The notes beneath the pieces were generated by a model. It was not told the DNA's origin. It worked only from the letters and a program-made list of their open reading frames with translations, and did not search any database. A program made the position numbers and the translations under genes. This document shows positions 25,734-36,419 of a stretch of 64,000 nucleotides of DNA, one piece after another; position 1 is the stretch's first letter; each line of letters opens with the position of its first letter. This stretch comes from Phoronis australis (taxonomy: Eukaryota; Animalia; Phoronida), in NCBI GenBank assembly GCA_002633005.1, contig NMRA01000207.1, forward strand, positions 333,470 to 397,469, in the 5' to 3' direction.

Positions 25734-27827
25734 TTAGTTTTGTCAGTAAGTGTTTCAAACAGTGCACACTCTTTGTATCATTTGTACACGGTGACTGATG
25801 GTGATTATTTTGGCTGGTACATTTATCAATTGTCAAGGTTGTAAAAAAAACATCATGTTACTGAACACTATTCAGACGTATAGGATATTAAAAAAATAAA
25901 AAGGCTTGCTCCTTCCGAACGTTGTTGGACAGCTATAAACTAAATAAACTGATATTAAAAGAAGGACATCATTCCCTCCCCCTTGTTTACTCACAAAAAC
26001 ACTTAGCTCAGACGAGCAGACGGCCTTATTCAATCATTCCCGAATTAATCTCACTCGGCTCTAGATCGTGGCAAGTGCGTCATATAATAATTTTCATCTA
26101 GGGTTTCGTTAGCGTTACGCTATAGGTATTGGTGGCTTCTTTGTAACGTGTTTTAACACCCTAATGTTGAAATCAGGTGCAATCAGGTTTTAAACGTAGA
26201 GGGTTCCGAGGTACCTAATTCAGAGCAAAGAAGCACCCAGTCGTGTAATCACAAATGCAGTTTTCGTGTGGATTTGTTTTGATAAATACTTGCGGTTATT
26301 TGGTTTTGTTTTATGCAACACAAAGTACATTCATTCAACAGAAAGGAGTCTATGAAGAATATCTTTTAAAATTTGTTTTCAAATTCGATTGGTTTACACC
26401 TGGATCACGATTACATCTAGCTGCGACCAGTGACGTCTAATCTCACTCAGGATTTGTTATCATTTAAAAGCAACAATTCATCCGCTGCACTTATTTTCAC
26501 TGCCGGCAATCCATTCTCCATTTATCACTATAGAATCATTATAATCTTCGCGTCTGTATCCAATCTAAACTCAATATTTCACGTTGAGAAGCGGGTAAAG
26601 TGTACAGTTTCCGAACACCTGACGAACACCTGTGTCCAACTGAGAGCCTAAGTGCAGTGCGCTTCTCAGAATGTTGCGTCATTAGACGCCACCTCTCTGA
26701 CGGAATGCAACTCCGCGGCGAACGACTAGCTGTTAAACAGAGACATCTATTGACTAGCAGATGACTTCTTTAACAGGCACGCAAGTCAACTCAAAGTGGG
26801 AACTTCGGGTCCTCTCATCTTCATATTGAAATGTGCTGCTCTGGATACATCGAGTCGCTTTGTGGGCGATCAAAAACTATCCAGGATTAAATTTTGCTAT
26901 CAAACCTTTTAACAGTCATCTTGCACAAGGCTTTCCCCGGCCACCACAGCTGGCGTGTCAGTGTCTTAGCTAGTTAAAATATTATATCAGCCATTGGAAA
27001 TGTGTAGTACCTACTTTGAGGGCTATCGTCGTATTTCGTTATCCGTGTTTCAAATTTAAGAACGTTTGTGACACAGTGAGTGAGAGAAATAAAATACGAT
27101 TCCCTTGTAGTTCAACGAACACTAAAAGGTTACGTGCACCTCTATTTCACAAAAATAACATTAAAAACATCGGCGGTAACCATATGGAAAATCCCAGACA
27201 CGGGTTTGGAGAATTCTTATTTTAGTTTTAATACAGAAATTTGGTGAATTCTGGTGAAAGGAATTTTTCCCTATCAATGTACCTTTCAAAAACAAGATTT
27301 TTGCCAAAAAATCATACTCACGTGACCACGAGAATGGTACAGTGTTGTGGATGGCATGATTAATTTTGTCTCGATTCCTAGTTTCAGAAAATACACTTTC
27401 ATAAATTGACAGTCGCTAGTTACTTAAATATTTCAAAAAGATAAAAAATAATTGGGGTGCATGTAACTTTAAGTCGAATTTGGCATCAAAAAATAGCGAT
27501 AATTGTAATCTAAAAGTTGTTTTTGGCTCAACATCATTTTACCCATATTTGACATCTCATTTTCTTCTCAGAGAACCGTTACAGCATGCAACAGGCCAAA
27601 GTCATAATGAATTCACAGTGGGGTACACCCATATATGAACGATGTATATTGTGCGTGTCGCGCAGACGGGTGACTTTTCTTTGAAGATAGAAAGGTGATC
27701 ATTCATTAGAAGCTAGTGCAGATGAGTCACTTTTTTCGCTAAATGGGCGAGTACCATAATTTTCAAGCTGCACCCCGCTAAAAATATAGTTGATTACTTC
27801 CGGTGGGTTAATTCCAGGTTTACTTTA

Positions 27828-28754
27828 CAGTGGCGGATCTGGGATATCACAAGGGGGGGCCCAACATTTTGTCTGTAAACATTTGCTCAAAGCACGATTG
27901 TAGATATGTATAGCACCGAATGGGAGAAGGTCGGGAGGGGGTTTGCCCCTTTCCGCCCAGGATTTTTTTGTTTTTTCCTCTAAAAATGAAGCTATTTCCT
28001 TCATTTCCGAAGTATTACCCAAGAAAAAAGGCAAAAAACAAAACGGAGGAAGTGTCAAGCTGCAAACGCAGCAGACTTGAACTCCCGACCTGGCGGATAG
28101 CGTGCGCGTGCTTTACCACTGCACCACCACGATTTAACTGCTAATTTGTCACTAAGAGACCTACTTGTTTATGGTCCACAGCGTTTACGCGCGAAACCGT
28201 TTTGTAATGCTTATTACATGTTTTATATTTTGTGCAATCAGTTCGTAACAAATTTGTTGTATTAAAATAGTCTTCAATTGCCCAAAAGACCAAATCCGTT
28301 TTTTGTATTGGCAATAATGACGCGATTGCTTTGGAAATCGTCTGAAGTTAAGGTTTGACAAAGAGAGAATTATGAGTTTCTGAGTGATTCACTAAGGCTT
28401 CGATTAAAATTCACATCTTACCAGCAGCTTCTGTTTTTTCATCATCACTCAGACTCCATTTTCTTTAAAAAATGAAGTAATTTTCTTCATTGCACAGTGG
28501 AGCAGACGACGGAAACGGAGTCGTAGTGCCCAGCGCCACTGCCGGTCGCCTGAGATATCGCGGGAGAGCCTATACTTAGCCATAGTTCCGTTACGATTGC
28601 GCCGTGTTCCGAATGTGACACTTCAAATTGGATCTGAGCCCCCCCCCCCCCAAACAATAAAACGGGGTTAATTAATAAACTCAACATTTCCCTACGGTTT
28701 TGCTGTTTTATTTTTTGCGGCAGCCAAGGGGGGGGGGGCCTAAATCCGCCTATG
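27828..28754. mobile_element. Non-autonomous DNA transposon with 5-bp TSD, containing a tRNA-like internal segment
   Basis: Ends CAGTGGCGGATCT ... TAAATCCGCCTATG, flanked by CTTTA on both sides (27823-27827, 28755-28759). Confidence 0.75.
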
Positions 28755-29015
28755 CTTTAACACGTTTAAGCAATTCGCATTTTCTTCATTAAACCAATTT
28801 TCTTGTGACCACAAGGTTTACTGGTCATTATCAAGTCTGTTACTCGATACATGTACATCACGAGTGCAATAAGTTATTACAGCACGTGACTGCATCAGGC
28901 GTCATCACGTGTCTTGTCTGGAATACTTTATGCAATGTTGACAACGTGACAGTTTTATTTCGACAATCCTCGCACAGATACATATCACGATGCCATGGTA
29001 ACAGAACCCGCACCG

Positions 29016-29585
29016 TCAATAGTCGTCGTAATCACCGAAATCTTCTTCCCCCCATCCCCATTGTCCTTCCGCCCAGCCTCCGTGACCCTCTTCACCTTCG
29101 GATGTCTCTTTCTTCTTGGGAAAAAGGCACGGACAGAATGTCCTTCGCCAGTCCTTCAAAAGACCTTTCAAATAAAGAAACACCCAGACCGAAAACAAGA
29201 TAACAAATGCTATGGACATAGAAAGTAAAGCCGTGGCTACTCCGTCTTCGAAAGTACTGAAGTCTGTGGGAAAGAGTCGAGGATCTTTATACTTTGGAAT
29301 GTCGTCCCATTCTTTATGCCAGACACGACCACTGTATCTCTTCTTGCGTATGCCGACTCTGAAGTCCGAGACATTCAACTTAATGCTAACATCCACATCT
29401 ACAACAGTTGCTTTGGCTGGTCTTGGGCTTCTGCCAACAAAATGCAACTCGGCCAGTGTTGTCATGAGTAAACAAGTTGCCACAATCGTAGAATAGTAAA
29501 CACTTTCTAACTCCACATTTCTCCCCATTCCGCTCTCATCGCCTCTCATTTGCTTTCTAGATTTAGTTTGCATCATTAGATACAT
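29016..29585 (-). CDS. Uncharacterised single-pass membrane protein A (furin site RKKR, TM, CPC motif, acidic Gly/Trp tail); likely start Met20 at 29528
   Basis: Uninterrupted 189-aa ORF; hydrophobic segment after Met20 resembles a signal peptide; clear paralogy to 29928-30428 (RxxR-Y..G.W, KG...WR..CPCLF, terminal DY); AATAAA on minus strand at 28954-28959. Confidence 0.75.
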   Translation of the reverse strand: MYLMMQTKSRKQMRGDESGMGRNVELESVYYSTIVATCLLMTTLAELHFVGRSPRPAKATVVDVDVSIKLNVSDFRVGIRKKRYSGRVWHKEWDDIPKYKDPRLFPTDFSTFEDGVATALLSMSIAFVILFSVWVFLYLKGLLKDWRRTFCPCLFPKKKETSEGEEGHGGWAEGQWGWGEEDFGDYDDY

Positions 29586-29927
29586 GACGTCACAGGATTC
29601 TCGGCTCGTCTGCGCAATCTCCTACGTATAAGCCTTAATTCCTGTCCATATCAGGTTCATGTCGTTTCCTGTTGAAATGATGACAACGTTGATGGCACTG
29701 TCATTGATATCATAACAATTAAATTTCAGGCCAGCAAATATGTCAAGGATGGACGGTGCAGGACAGGCTGTATTGATCGCAACGTGTTGCCAGATTACAA
29801 AAAAAAACTTAGAACAGACCTGCACAGGAACCTTTTGAAACTCTTGAAATCAATCGTAAAATACAAGTCAAAATCACAGTAGTGATTTTCTCATAAGCCT
29901 GTCGATTATTTCCTGTTGGTGTTTCGC

Positions 29928-30428
29928 TTAGTAATCCCAATAATCTTCGTCACCTCCCCCCTCCTCGCCCTCGCCCCAGTTTTCGCCCCAGTCCTCCGAC
30001 TCGTCCTTCGCCACAGTTTTTTTACTCGGATCCGCAAATAAACAAGGACAAATTCTCCACCTTGTACATGAATTGAAATAACCCTTTATACAAGCCACCA
30101 TTAAACAAGGCAAGGAAACGAATATCGAGAAAATAAAAACGGCGTAAACTGACACAATAACCGTTTCGATCGTTTTCTCTCTGTCATCGTATTTCTTTTT
30201 GACACGGTCGAATATCGTTGTCTTTTTTCCAGAGTGTGCCGACCATAGACCAACCTGATACCGGCGATGGCGAACGCGTTTCACGGCAGAATATACTGCG
30301 TGTACGGGGGGTGGTGCTTTAGCGGGTTTTCTAGTAAATGACGTCAAAGTATCTGAGCTTTCTTGAAAAGTCAACCGATCCAGTACGCCAAGACAGAAGA
30401 AAAAAATTACGTGATAAAAACCACACAT
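29928..30428 (-). CDS. Uncharacterised single-pass membrane protein B (signal peptide, RHRR furin site, TM, CPC motif, acidic Gly/Trp tail)
   Basis: Uninterrupted 166-aa ORF; N-terminal hydrophobic stretch; shares CPCLF and the tail with A, and KGYxNSC with C. Confidence 0.75.
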   Translation of the reverse strand: MCGFYHVIFFFCLGVLDRLTFQESSDTLTSFTRKPAKAPPPVHAVYSAVKRVRHRRYQVGLWSAHSGKKTTIFDRVKKKYDDREKTIETVIVSVYAVFIFSIFVSLPCLMVACIKGYFNSCTRWRICPCLFADPSKKTVAKDESEDWGENWGEGEEGGGDEDYWDY

Positions 30429-30730
30429 GCTACGACACAGACGTTAGAACTATGTTAAATGTTGTGAATAATTTAAAGGCAGTATTCATAGTTGAGTCTC
30501 AATATGTTAATCCTTGCATTTGAGACTATCACAATCACTTTCGTCACAGTAGAATGATGTCATGGATATTAATGAATTTCAAGAGATATAAGCGAACCAA
30601 TTGGGGCAGTAAAATCTTGTCTTGCAGTCTATGACCCTTATAAGGCCATTTTAAGTCCAAATTGCATGCGCGATCTAGGGGCAAATTGGTTCTACTCTTG
30701 AGTTAACTTTTACTCCAGAGCTAAAACTGT

Positions 30731-31372
30731 TCACTCAGAGCTTTCATAGTCCGCCAAATATCCATCGAGATCACCCTTCAGATATGACAGTTCACGTTGC
30801 CAAGATTTCCACAACCCTTTTCCAGGTCGCTTGCTACTGTTTGCGCTATTGCTATCGCCGAGCCTCGCATTTGTATTCTTGTTCACTTGTATAAGCGGCA
30901 AGTTCTCGGGAATCTCGAGATTCTTCTTGCAACAACGAGAGCACAAGCATCTGAGTGGACACGAGTTGCAATACCCTTTTACAGCGGCGACTAAAACAAC
31001 AGGTGCGGCTACAACCAGGGAAAGGAAGGCACCAGCCAACGTCAACGCAGCCACGTCGAAATCTGTTTGAATAGGATTGGGTCCTATTTGGCGAGCCATC
31101 AACAGCCTGCTGTCGCCTTCATTACGCCTAAGTCTTTCATATGACTCTAAATGCGTTGACACGGTGTTGTTGTTGTTTTTCTTGTTGTAGACAACTTCAA
31201 AATGGTTTCTATTAACCTTGCTTAGGTAATGAATTGTGTCGAGACTTTTCAAATGCTGCCATACACCGGAGTCGTGTTGTGAACCTTTGACACGTCTTGC
31301 TGTCACGTGCAAAAAACCTGAATCTGTAGTTACAGATGACAAAAAACTCACCATTAGCTTGACCATAAACAT
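30731..31372 (-). CDS. Uncharacterised single-pass membrane protein C (RLRR site, TM, Cys-rich juxtamembrane)
   Basis: Uninterrupted 213-aa ORF; TM VAALTLAGAFLSLVVAAPVVLVAAV followed by KGYCNSCPLRCLCSRCC; ENLPLI resembles EKLPVI in D. Confidence 0.72.
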   Translation of the reverse strand: MFMVKLMVSFLSSVTTDSGFLHVTARRVKGSQHDSGVWQHLKSLDTIHYLSKVNRNHFEVVYNKKNNNNTVSTHLESYERLRRNEGDSRLLMARQIGPNPIQTDFDVAALTLAGAFLSLVVAAPVVLVAAVKGYCNSCPLRCLCSRCCKKNLEIPENLPLIQVNKNTNARLGDSNSANSSKRPGKGLWKSWQRELSYLKGDLDGYLADYESSE

Positions 31373-32844
31373 TACCTGTCGAGCTCACCTACACTTTTCT
31401 CAAAAATGAAGCACAAATGAACAAAATGAATAAAATGACGCTCAAATTCATAGGATCTTTCAAGGCCTGACGTGTAGGCACAATCGCTCTTCATCCATGT
31501 AGTTCTACGGATGTCACGATGACGTTTGCTGAAAAGATGTTCTGGGCGAGTAAAATAAATTTTCAAGAGCGCTGTCCATAAAAACAAAATCTTTTAAAAT
31601 TTCGATATTTGAATTAATTTGAAACACCAGGTATGGTTTTGGTGATTTCCAGTAAGTGATATCAGCTGTGATATTATTTGTATTTCTCTTGAGCGCGCGG
31701 TAACGACACTATCCAACTGATAAAGCATCCCGTTCTAATTTCGTTGTGTCCGACAGAACGTACGTCAAACAAGGTAGAGGTTGTCGGTCTTTCTCCACAG
31801 CCGTTAAATCGTTAGTCAGGCTTGCTGATTTGCTGCGCAAAGAATTTTCAATCTTGTTTCACACAATTCACCGTCTACAGTCGGAGTGAGTTATTTTCTT
31901 TCAAGTATTCCTAACCGTTATCCTTCTCCGGCTAGATACGTTAAAGAGGCATGGAATATGAAAGCTCGTCAAAAATATCTTTTAAACATCATCTCTCAAC
32001 CTCTACTACAGAGTTATTCTCTTTCCCCTGTGAGGGAAATTCCAGAAAAAATCACAAAACTCATGATTTTTATATATACGCAGATGAAAACTCTGTAGTC
32101 ACCACAGAGTTTTTAATCTCCTCCCACCTAATAACAAACGCGTGCATGCACTCAGTCATTCGACAAACAGCTGATTGACAAAATGGATTTTAACGACAGA
32201 TTATCATGTGTGATTGTATTCCTAATCTGAAGTCGACAGCACAGCATGAGACAAGCCAGTGAAGCAAGCGATTTCCCAGTAAGAATTTCAAGTACACTTC
32301 AGAACATATTTGAATACTACGACACCTTTATAAATATTCTTTAACAGTTAGGACTTAATCAATTGTTTCTTAATCGAACTGGCTGCTGCTTGAAGTCGCC
32401 ACTGTTTGTTTTTAATGCAAAGACTAAAGGTCTAATTTTCTATATAAATATAAGGGTAAAACGTGCTACGACTACCAAATAAGGAGACGTGTTTTACTTT
32501 GTCGGAGAAAAATCGACAAAGTGACGGGCAGCAGGCAGTTTTTATTTAAAATGTTTTTGAAGTTGGCAAAGAAAAATGCTTTGGCATAAACAGAAATTCA
32601 AAATCTTCACCAACAAACTGTAAAAATATCTGGTGAACAGGTTAAATTGTGTTTCAGTAGCAGAGAACCACTTAGAATGATGCAATTTAGTCTGCTTTTC
32701 GCGTTCCAAGCCGCATTAAAAGCGATCGAAGCACCACGTGTGTGGCATTAAAATTTATAATGTTGTAGTTTAGATAATCTATATTATCTCTATCACAAGA
32801 ATGATTTACGACTGAATGAGTTGACAGTTTTCCATCGATACTCC

Positions 32845-33975
32845 TTAATTTCTAGTGCACACTGGAGTTTTGTCCGATTTCAAAAATGGTCGCTTATCAG
32901 GATATTTCCGACATGACAATATTCTATTCAGAAATCCACCTTTCTGCTTCCGTCCTATAGAACCTGTCGCATTCTCATTGTGATTCGGCAAAAGTGGCAC
33001 CTTGCTGACAATAACGGGTAGCTTCTCATAATCTTGAAAACAGCAGCAACAACAGGGGCAATGGTTTGGACATTTTTTACAGAAATCACAACGCCCTCTG
33101 ACACCATAATAGAGAAATATCGTCGTTCCAGTAATGCTTAGTATAGTCAAAATTATAAAAACTATATGTTTTGCTTCCAACACCATGTCATATTGGGGCA
33201 CTTGTTCCACTTTAGAAATATCAATTTCCCGTTTTCTCCTGAAAAGGTTCTCGACACTGACTGAAACTTGATCCGGGGGTTCTTTGAAAGTTCCTGACTT
33301 TAGGGATTCCAAAAAGCTCGAATCTAACAAAGCTGTTTCACCACTTGCTTCATCTATACCCTTGTGGAAAAGATGAGCATGCGCAGAGGCCGGTAACACA
33401 GCCTGTGAGATTATGCTATGCTCCGGCAAATTGACCATGCTTTTACGAATTACGCTCGAAGCAGAATTAAGCTGGTCTTCACCTCCATTCACCGGTCCAT
33501 CGTCTGGTATTGTCCTTCGGCGATGTTGAGGATTGAGCAGTTCAAAAATGTTTCTAACCATGTGATTGACTTCCTTTAACCAAGAATTTAACAATTGATC
33601 TGGATTTTCAGTTGCTGTATTTGCACCGTTTTTAAAATTTGATAACTGCGACTCGTTTCTTTTCGCGTAGCGCGTTAAATTATGAGCTTCAGGCGATTCA
33701 CCGGTTTCTACATTCGAGTATGACGTCTGAGTTATCTCCACAGCAGGTGCCTTGCTTTTCGACATTGGATTCTGTATTCTTTCCAGCGCACTTTGTTGGA
33801 CATCAGCTGTTGACACTGGACTTGTACTGCCGTTATCGCCTGCTACATTTTCGCTAACACGTGTTTCTGGTTTGCGAAGTTCAACTCTTTCTCTCTGCTT
33901 TGGGGTTACAACGAGAGATTCAAAACTGCTCTGGCTAAGGAAAACTACCGCAAAAAAACAGAATGATTTCAACAT
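32845..33975 (-). CDS. Uncharacterised single-pass membrane protein D (signal peptide, long prodomain, RRKR furin site, TM, poly-Cys)
   Basis: Uninterrupted 376-aa ORF with AAAATG start; TM IVFIILTILSITGTTIFLYYGV followed by RGRCDFCKKCPNHCPCCCCC; AATAAA on minus strand at 32541-32546. Confidence 0.8.
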   Translation of the reverse strand: MLKSFCFFAVVFLSQSSFESLVVTPKQRERVELRKPETRVSENVAGDNGSTSPVSTADVQQSALERIQNPMSKSKAPAVEITQTSYSNVETGESPEAHNLTRYAKRNESQLSNFKNGANTATENPDQLLNSWLKEVNHMVRNIFELLNPQHRRRTIPDDGPVNGGEDQLNSASSVIRKSMVNLPEHSIISQAVLPASAHAHLFHKGIDEASGETALLDSSFLESLKSGTFKEPPDQVSVSVENLFRRKREIDISKVEQVPQYDMVLEAKHIVFIILTILSITGTTIFLYYGVRGRCDFCKKCPNHCPCCCCCFQDYEKLPVIVSKVPLLPNHNENATGSIGRKQKGGFLNRILSCRKYPDKRPFLKSDKTPVCTRN

Positions 33976-34253
33976 TTTAATAAAATGTTAATATTCTATT
34001 AATTTTGCATTACGTCGATCCATAGTTGAGCCTAAATGACGTCATTCCATAACAACATCCACAAGTACGAACCGTAGCCAATACTCGGTAACTTACTGCG
34101 TAGAGGATTACTTTGTGTTTATGCTATATGATATTCAACCGACAATCTAACCTACCGTTCGACATCGTCTATGATGGAACTCAGTAGATCACAGAATAGA
34201 ATGCAACAATGCTGGCCAACCAATTGCAAGCTTCCGTTTTGCTCGTGATTGTC

Positions 34254-34479
34254 CGTGCGCGCACCCAGCTTTCGACTTGGGGGGGGCTCGAATTCCTGAC
34301 GTTGTGGACCTTTTGGTAACAAAAAAGTGGGCGGACTAAAAAAAACGGGGGCACCACTGTGAATTGCGTGTTTGTGCCTGTTTAGTGGACTTTAAACTCA
34401 TTCTCTCGTACTTTTTGTTTCTCAGAGGCGGACCTTTTTGCCCACTTCGCCCCGAGCCCCCCCCCTGGGTACGCGCATG
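34254..34479. mobile_element. MITE, CATGCGCG-ended family, 5-bp TSD TTGTC
   Basis: Ends CGTGCGCGCACCCAG ... CTGGGTACGCGCATG; interior shared with the 35620 and 51640 copies. Confidence 0.8.
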
Positions 34480-35102
34480 TTGTCACGTGGACAACATTCC
34501 GTAACTGAAAAAATCGTCTTCTCGATTGCTGGCAAATGGTTGTCTGCTTCGGCGAATAGCAGATCAATAGAGCAAAATAATGCTTTTCATGTGGAGCACT
34601 CTTATTGAACAAGCAGGTGCAAAAGGATAAATTAAAGATGCATAGCCACACTAAATTGTACTGTAATGTTATCAAAAAGGTTTCAGAGAAAATAAATTAT
34701 TTTATTAAGTATCAAAATATATAAATCAACTTTTACCAAAATAAATGTCACAATGGATGGCTGAAAAGCAACACATCAAACAATAACAAGAAAATGTGAA
34801 GCCTTCAATGGATGGAATCCTATAATAATTCACAGTGAACTGCTGGAAAACACTGTAAAATGTAACTGTTGTAGAAACACTAGTAATGCATTCGCTAAAC
34901 ATTTACAATTAATATAGACAATGACTTGTAATACCCAATACTTGTGAAAATTCGAACATACCTCAGGATTATAAGACATACAAATCATCATGCTTCTGAA
35001 AGAAATGTTAAGTTTGGCACAGGTTCCTGTTTTTTCAAAAATTCCTAATTTTTCTAAAACCTGTCGATAGACCATGGAACATTCTAAGAAGTTTTTCAAA
35101 GA

Positions 35103-35242
35103 TTTGACTACTCAGATGCCAATGGCAGCTCGGCCATACACACTGTTCATTTGACTACTAAGATGCCAATGGCAGCTCGGCCATACACGTGTTCATTTGA
35201 CTACTCAGATGCCAATGGCAGCCATACACCCTGTTCATTTGA
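35103..35242. repeat. Three tandem ~46-bp copies (TTTGACTACTCAGATGCCAATGGCAG...)
   Basis: Direct read. Confidence 0.8.
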
Positions 35243-35619
35243 ACATCAAATAGAGAAAATCCATAATCTTGGAAAATTCACTTAACTGATGAGGATGGGT
35301 GAATTTTAATACTTTTTAATGTAAAATAGTCTTAAAATTGATGTGTGTCAAAATGAGAGCCCACTAAGATGGTTTGCAGGGACAACACTGTTTCACTAAC
35401 GTGGACAAGACACTGTCATGCAGTGATGCCACCTTTTGGTGGCTGGAAGTACTATGAAGTAAGTTCAACTAGACCATTTGCTGTGAACTTACTCCCAGCT
35501 GTGAACCTACAAAATGTTGCTCAGAGATTCAAAATAAACCAATATTTGTGCAATTTCAAAGGCAAAACTCTTCTGAGATTTGAAACAAGTTATGAAATTT
35601 ATTAAAGCAGCAACACACT

Positions 35620-35875
35620 CATGCGCACGCCTTCATATGGGGGGCTCGAATCTCTGACATAGTGGATCGTTTGCTAACAAAAAAGCCGGAGGACTAAAAC
35701 AAAAAAACAAAAAAAAAAACAGGGCACCACCTTCAGGTCTGTAAACTGTGCGTCTGCGCCCTTTTTGTGGACTTTTGTCTTGTTTTCTTGGATTTTTTGC
35801 TTCTCTGAGGTAGACCTTTTGACCCACTTTGCCAAATGGGAGGGCTCATTCGAGCCGCCCCTGGATGCGCGCATG
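35620..35875. mobile_element. MITE, CATGCGCG-ended family, 5-bp TSD ACACT
   Basis: Ends CATGCGCACGCC ... GGATGCGCGCATG; ACACT at 35615-35619 and 35876-35880. Confidence 0.8.
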
Positions 35876-36098
35876 ACACTTGTGTTCTGTCACTTGCCTC
35901 AATGAAATTGATCTGAACATGTTACTCAAATGTCCAGTGATGCCTGGGTTTGGAAAGAACCGACAGTTTGTCATTCCTAAACACCATTCTCGGCGCTTAA
36001 AGTGAGACGCTGGGACAAGCTAGCTTTAGAACTTGGTCTCAAGGTATACCAAACTGTCAGTTTTCTTCAAAGCCCTGAAATCACATACAGTTTGAGGA

Positions 36099-36419
36099 CA
36101 CAGGCAGATTTAAGGGAGGCCCAGGGGTTCTCTCCCCCCCCCCTTGGCTGCCGCAAAAAAAATAATAAAGAGCATGAAGAAATATTGAGGTCAATAAGTA
36201 ACCCCGATAATTTACATGGGGCTAAGGGGGGGAAAGGCTCAGACCCCATTGCAAGTGTCAGCCTGCCTGCGCAATTGTTTTCCCACTTTTTTATTTTTTA
36301 GTTGTCCGTTTGTTTTTAGTAAAAGGTCTAGAGCACCACCTATCTTTCAGGCTGGGTGAGCGCATGCAATCTAGACAAAATGTTGACACCCCCCTTAAAA
36401 TATCCTAGATCCGCCACTG
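36099..36419. mobile_element. MITE related to the 27828 element (opposite orientation), 5-bp TSD GAGGA
   Basis: Ends CACAGGCAGATTTA ... TAGATCCGCCACTG; GAGGA at 36094-36098 and 36420-36424. Confidence 0.7.

Noticed and set aside
28805-29496. Plus-strand ORFs of 132, 77 and 94 aa
   Set aside because: Antisense to membrane protein A, with no recognisable features
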